64,000 nucleotides of DNA from Blepharisma stoltei ATCC 30299. Its lineage: Eukaryota; Protista; Ciliophora. Below are positions 60,083-64,000 of the stretch, piece by piece. A program made the translations under genes and the position numbers. Position 1 is the first letter of the stretch. Each line of letters begins with the position of its first letter. The notes under the pieces are model-generated. The model saw nothing but the letters and a program-made list of their open reading frames with translations. It did not search any database and was not told the DNA's origin. The stretch lies in the NCBI GenBank assembly GCA_965603825.1, contig CBFDEM010000016.1, positions 310,001 to 374,000 of the forward strand, read 5' to 3'.

Positions 60083-63000
60083 TTATTTTCTATTTAAGTT
60101 TTGGATCCTTTCTTTCATTTCACTGATAAAGTTTGCTTGTTCATCTTGTCCATTGGTTTTGTTTAGCAAGCTGTTTACCTTTGCCTTTAAGTCAGTTAGA
60201 GTTGAACTTAATTGAGCAGGCTGATTTGAAGCTGCTAAGCCGTACCGCTGTTTCATCATGGCTAAGCGGTTTTGGAAGTCTTGGAAATTATAACTTTCTA
60301 AGGCTTGTGGCTGTGGCTCCTCATTTCTGGCTTTGTCTTCTTTTAGATTGCGTAAGTCATCAGTAATTCTACTATAAAGATCAGAAGGAACTTGACCTAG
60401 ATAAGGAGCAAGATCTGTTTTTGGATTTTTTTCAATATAATCAGATAATTCGGTGATTGCTGAAGTGTATCCCGAATCATCAGACAGACGAGAAAAGATG
60501 GAATTTAATATAGGGTCTTGTGGAGCCTTAAGAATGCGAGGTGAAGTTATACTGGAGATTGTAGTTGTTGGAGTGAGAAGGGTAGAAATCCATCTCTCAA
60601 TGTTCGAATCAGGCTTGGAGTGATTCCTCACAGCTGCATATGACTCCCAAATAGCCTCTCCTTGTAATTTCACTAACTCATTTATAATAGTTTTTATTGT
60701 TTTCGTTCCCATTTCATCAGTGTTAGCTGAGCTGTTGATTTTATGTTCAACCAAATACTCATGCATAGCCACTAGGATTTTATCAACTTCCAGCTGATGG
60801 ATCACAGTTGACAAAATTTTGGTCAATTTCAATAAGCATCTAATGATCAATCCTGGCATCTTTGATAGTGAAGTTTCATTTATATACTTTGTTAGTAATT
60901 TTATAAGTACCACAAAAATCCGAGTTGGTTTGCAGTGCTCTAAAACTCTTAGCATGGTCCCGTTCAAGGTTTTGAGCATGACTTCTCCTTCCCCTTTTTC
61001 ACCTAACTTATCAAGATCTTCAATTAGCAATCTTTTAAGGATCTGCTCAGTAAGCACAAAAAGAGAAGTTTCGCTGACCTCACGCATAATGAGCTTTGTG
61101 CAGCAAACTTTATGTACTACATTTAAGAAATATTTAGCAAAGCGCAAAGGAATATCTTCAATCGGTCTTTCAAAAGTACTAATAATGACTTTGCTGAGTG
61201 CATCAATTAACATATTAGCCTTCTTCTGGAACTCTTCTTTATGAGAATCCAGATTATTCAATATCAAATCATTAATAGCAACTAAAGCATCTACACGGGA
61301 AGACATGTCACCGCTGCGCAAAGTGTCTATATGTCTGTCCAGTTCTGACTGTGCTTCTTCAGCCCGATGAGGGTCATAAAGAAGACTTTCATTAATACTG
61401 ACTTCTGGAGAAGTGACTAAGGTGTCTAAAACTGAAATCTTTTTTTCTTCTTCACGATTTATGCGCGGAGTTATCTGCTCTTGTTTGGATGGAGGACTAT
61501 CAAACTGAGTTGTTATTTGTGAGCTAGGAGGTTGGATGACTTGGGGCTTGTAAAGCTGAGATGGAGCTGGAATGATAGCTTGGCTAGGAGTAGAAATTTG
61601 GCTAGAAATTTGAGGGATTTGGTCTGAGATTTGGCTTGGGATTAACATTTGGATTGGCTGGTCTATTGAAGACTGTAGAGGATTCCTTTGAAGAGTTGGA
61701 ATTCTTCCTGATGAAGATTGGTTTGGAGTTTGTGTTGCCAGCTGCTGTGAAGGTGGCGATGTTACTGCAATTTCAGGCTTTTTCTTAGGCTGTGCCACAA
61801 CTTCTACTTCGTCAGATTCATTAAATGTTGGAACTTCTGCATTCCCTTCTTCAAACTTAAATTGCAATTTATTTCCTCTTGGCGTGCTCAGCTTGCTACC
61901 GCTTTCTTCATCTTTCTTTTTCATTGGTGGCTTCAAAGAGCTTCCTTGGCTTGGGGGCGGATTCGTTGGCCCTGCAATTGATTTAAACCTCTCCTTTAAT
62001 AAATCTTTAACCTTATCAGGGACTTCTCCAATTAAGTTCCATATTCTCTCACCCATCGTTTTAAAGCATTCTCCAATAGTGCCAACAGCTGAAGTTCTTA
62101 CACTATTATCAGGACTATTCACAAACTTCGCAATAGCTCTTATGTCTCTAGGCTGCGCAATTACCGAGCCAAACTCTTGTATTAAGCTTGTTAATTCGTC
62201 AAGACATTCCACTTTGCTTCGTGCATTTTTTGAGTTCAATCCTTGTAGTACAATTAAAAACACTTTTTCGGCAGGATAAATTTTGGTTGTGCTATGAATA
62301 ATGTTCCTTATCATCTGTCTGAACACTGCATTATTATTTCCAGATTTTTCACACAAAATTGGCAAAAATAGCATGGCTTCTCCTTCATTTAGGGAATAGT
62401 TGTCTTCTTGAAAAGTGTTAACAAGCTGGACGCAAAACTCAAACAGTGCTTTATAAATCTGTGGGTTATTGCCTTCTAGCAGTTTGAACCAGATAAACTT
62501 GAAGACTAGGTCAATAACGTCTTGCATTTCTCTACGCTGAGAAGTTAGTAAGATTGATAAATCTTGGATGGATTCTATTTGCTTTTTGAAGTCAGCAGAA
62601 AATAGCAAGTTGAACAAATCATTGGAAAAGGATGCTTTCATGTCTGCTCGCAGCTTATCCACGTAATCTTGACGAAGCTCTTCAATGCTCCATCTGTGCT
62701 TAGCTTCATAATCTAGTCTTTTGTCTTTTCCGGGTCCAGGAATTATGGAGATGTCTTGAGAAGCTTGTTCTGAAGCTTTTGAGGCAGGTTTGGGGGTTTT
62801 AAGAAGCTCTTTTTCGTTCTTTGGGGTGTCGCTGCCAACTTTGCTGGTATTTCTATTAGAGCCCTTGGAGTTTGATCTGGATCCTCCTGTGTTGGCTGTT
62901 TGGGAACGACTTTGTCTGCTGCTTGCTGATAAAGTGTTTTCTCTTGGACTGTCCGCCTCACTTGCTTGGCTATTGCTACTGCCTTTATACTTATCAAAAA

Positions 63001-64000
63001 TAGTAGAAAGGGTATTCATAACAGCAGGCTTTATATCTTTTAATAAAGGCTGAAAAGTATCAAACCCAACCAAGTTTACAGTTTCTGCGAATAACAATTC
63101 TGCAGCATTTCTAATACTTGCGCTTCTATCCTGCAAGCAAGATAAAATACTTGGTGCCATAGATTTCATATCACACTTCGGAAAATTCTCTTTGTGAGCT
63201 AACAGCCAGCTAAGGAGTTCTGTACGAAGCTCAGGGTTTTCTTGCAGTAAAGGCTGGGCGCTTTGATTTATTACGCATTCAGGGCTTACTTCTTGCGACC
63301 ATTTATCAACTGCTGCTAATGCATCTGTTCTTAACAATGAATTTTTGTCTGATAAATTTGAAATTATTCCTGGAACTATTGACTTTGATATTGAATTCCC
63401 TTCTGAACCTAAAGCTTGTGCAAGCTTGCCCATAAGTCCAAGTGTTTGTCTGACAAGCGATTTATTTGGATCAGCAAGTCTAGCTTTCAAAGCTTTAATT
63501 AGTACTTCTAAGCCAGTTGGCAGGATCCTCATTCCACTTTGGTCTATTACTGCTTCTACTGCTTCTAGTCCTTCTTTTCTTACTTTCCAATTCGAATCCC
63601 CTAGCTTTTTCAGAATTGCTGCATTTATCTGTGAGCTTATATTTGTGCGTGGGAACTGTGCATCCATCATTTTATTTGGATCTAATTTAGACTCCTCTTC
63701 TCCTCTGATAGTTTTATAGTTAGCATTTTTAATGACCTCAGTTTTGGAAAATTCTTCTTGTAATGCTTTCAAAGTTTGCTCTTTTATGTCTGATATAAAT
63801 GGAAGAATCTTATCACCAATGTGGGAATATATAATTATAGTAAGGCTTTGAGCAGCTTTTTTAATAACCGCATTTGTTTGGGAAATCCCAGCTTTTGAAT
63901 AGTCAATGACTTCTTTCAGATTTACTGTGTGAATGCCATAATCATTAATGGCCTTACCAATTGTTGAGCAGCACTCAGAAACGACTTTAGGCTTGTTGCA
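60083..64000 (-). CDS. CKAP5: XMAP215/CKAP5/MOR1 TOG-domain microtubule polymerase, 5'-truncated by the window edge
   Basis: Frame open to 64000. DSNWKVRKEGL TOG motif, HEAT repeats and C-terminal RCLLKLTK. Confidence 0.92.
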   Translation of the reverse strand, partial: CNKPKVVSECCSTIGKAINDYGIHTVNLKEVIDYSKAGISQTNAVIKKAAQSLTIIIYSHIGDKILPFISDIKEQTLKALQEEFSKTEVIKNANYKTIRGEEESKLDPNKMMDAQFPRTNISSQINAAILKKLGDSNWKVRKEGLEAVEAVIDQSGMRILPTGLEVLIKALKARLADPNKSLVRQTLGLMGKLAQALGSEGNSISKSIVPGIISNLSDKNSLLRTDALAAVDKWSQEVSPECVINQSAQPLLQENPELRTELLSWLLAHKENFPKCDMKSMAPSILSCLQDRSASIRNAAELLFAETVNLVGFDTFQPLLKDIKPAVMNTLSTIFDKYKGSSNSQASEADSPRENTLSASSRQSRSQTANTGGSRSNSKGSNRNTSKVGSDTPKNEKELLKTPKPASKASEQASQDISIIPGPGKDKRLDYEAKHRWSIEELRQDYVDKLRADMKASFSNDLFNLLFSADFKKQIESIQDLSILLTSQRREMQDVIDLVFKFIWFKLLEGNNPQIYKALFEFCVQLVNTFQEDNYSLNEGEAMLFLPILCEKSGNNNAVFRQMIRNIIHSTTKIYPAEKVFLIVLQGLNSKNARSKVECLDELTSLIQEFGSVIAQPRDIRAIAKFVNSPDNSVRTSAVGTIGECFKTMGERIWNLIGEVPDKVKDLLKERFKSIAGPTNPPPSQGSSLKPPMKKKDEESGSKLSTPRGNKLQFKFEEGNAEVPTFNESDEVEVVAQPKKKPEIAVTSPPSQQLATQTPNQSSSGRIPTLQRNPLQSSIDQPIQMLIPSQISDQIPQISSQISTPSQAIIPAPSQLYKPQVIQPPSSQITTQFDSPPSKQEQITPRINREEEKKISVLDTLVTSPEVSINESLLYDPHRAEEAQSELDRHIDTLRSGDMSSRVDALVAINDLILNNLDSHKEEFQKKANMLIDALSKVIISTFERPIEDIPLRFAKYFLNVVHKVCCTKLIMREVSETSLFVLTEQILKRLLIEDLDKLGEKGEGEVMLKTLNGTMLRVLEHCKPTRIFVVLIKLLTKYINETSLSKMPGLIIRCLLKLTKILSTVIHQLEVDKILVAMHEYLVEHKINSSANTDEMGTKTIKTIINELVKLQGEAIWESYAAVRNHSKPDSNIERWISTLLTPTTTISSITSPRILKAPQDPILNSIFSRLSDDSGYTSAITELSDYIEKNPKTDLAPYLGQVPSDLYSRITDDLRNLKEDKARNEEPQPQALESYNFQDFQNRLAMMKQRYGLAASNQPAQLSSTLTDLKAKVNSLLNKTNGQDEQANFISEMKERIQNLNRK

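Overview
Gene-dense, AT-rich eukaryotic DNA. It reads as the macronuclear genome of a heterotrich ciliate, most likely Blepharisma (inference). Two window-wide properties explain why the supplied ORF track is fragmented. First, TGA encodes Trp: it sits at invariant Trp positions of MBOAT, CDPK, calpain, RING-H2 and MIR domains, and every gene model ends on TAA or TAG. Second, genes carry 15-nt GT-AG introns, all with A at position 10. Re-read this way, the window holds about 42 protein genes. They include GUP1-like MBOAT, three PX-BAR sorting nexins, FAM13-like, LIN54-like CRC, two PP2Cs, Mic10, WDR44, PKA-C, NOT2, three RING-H2 ligases, Cnx1, MLO-like EF-hand protein, ABHD17, calpain-LRR, Tctex1, FKBP-TPR, CDPK and XMAP215. 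There is also a tRNA-His and a cathepsin C pseudogene. The most unusual items are: a 216-bp, 94%-identical inverted repeat (11868-12681) whose arms each begin at a canonical 15-nt intron; an adjacent divergent pair of small basic CxCxxC paralogues; a structured intergenic RNA candidate with SRP-Alu-like features (about 37251-37460); and several unusual domain fusions. All coordinates were derived by hand, and no searches were run.
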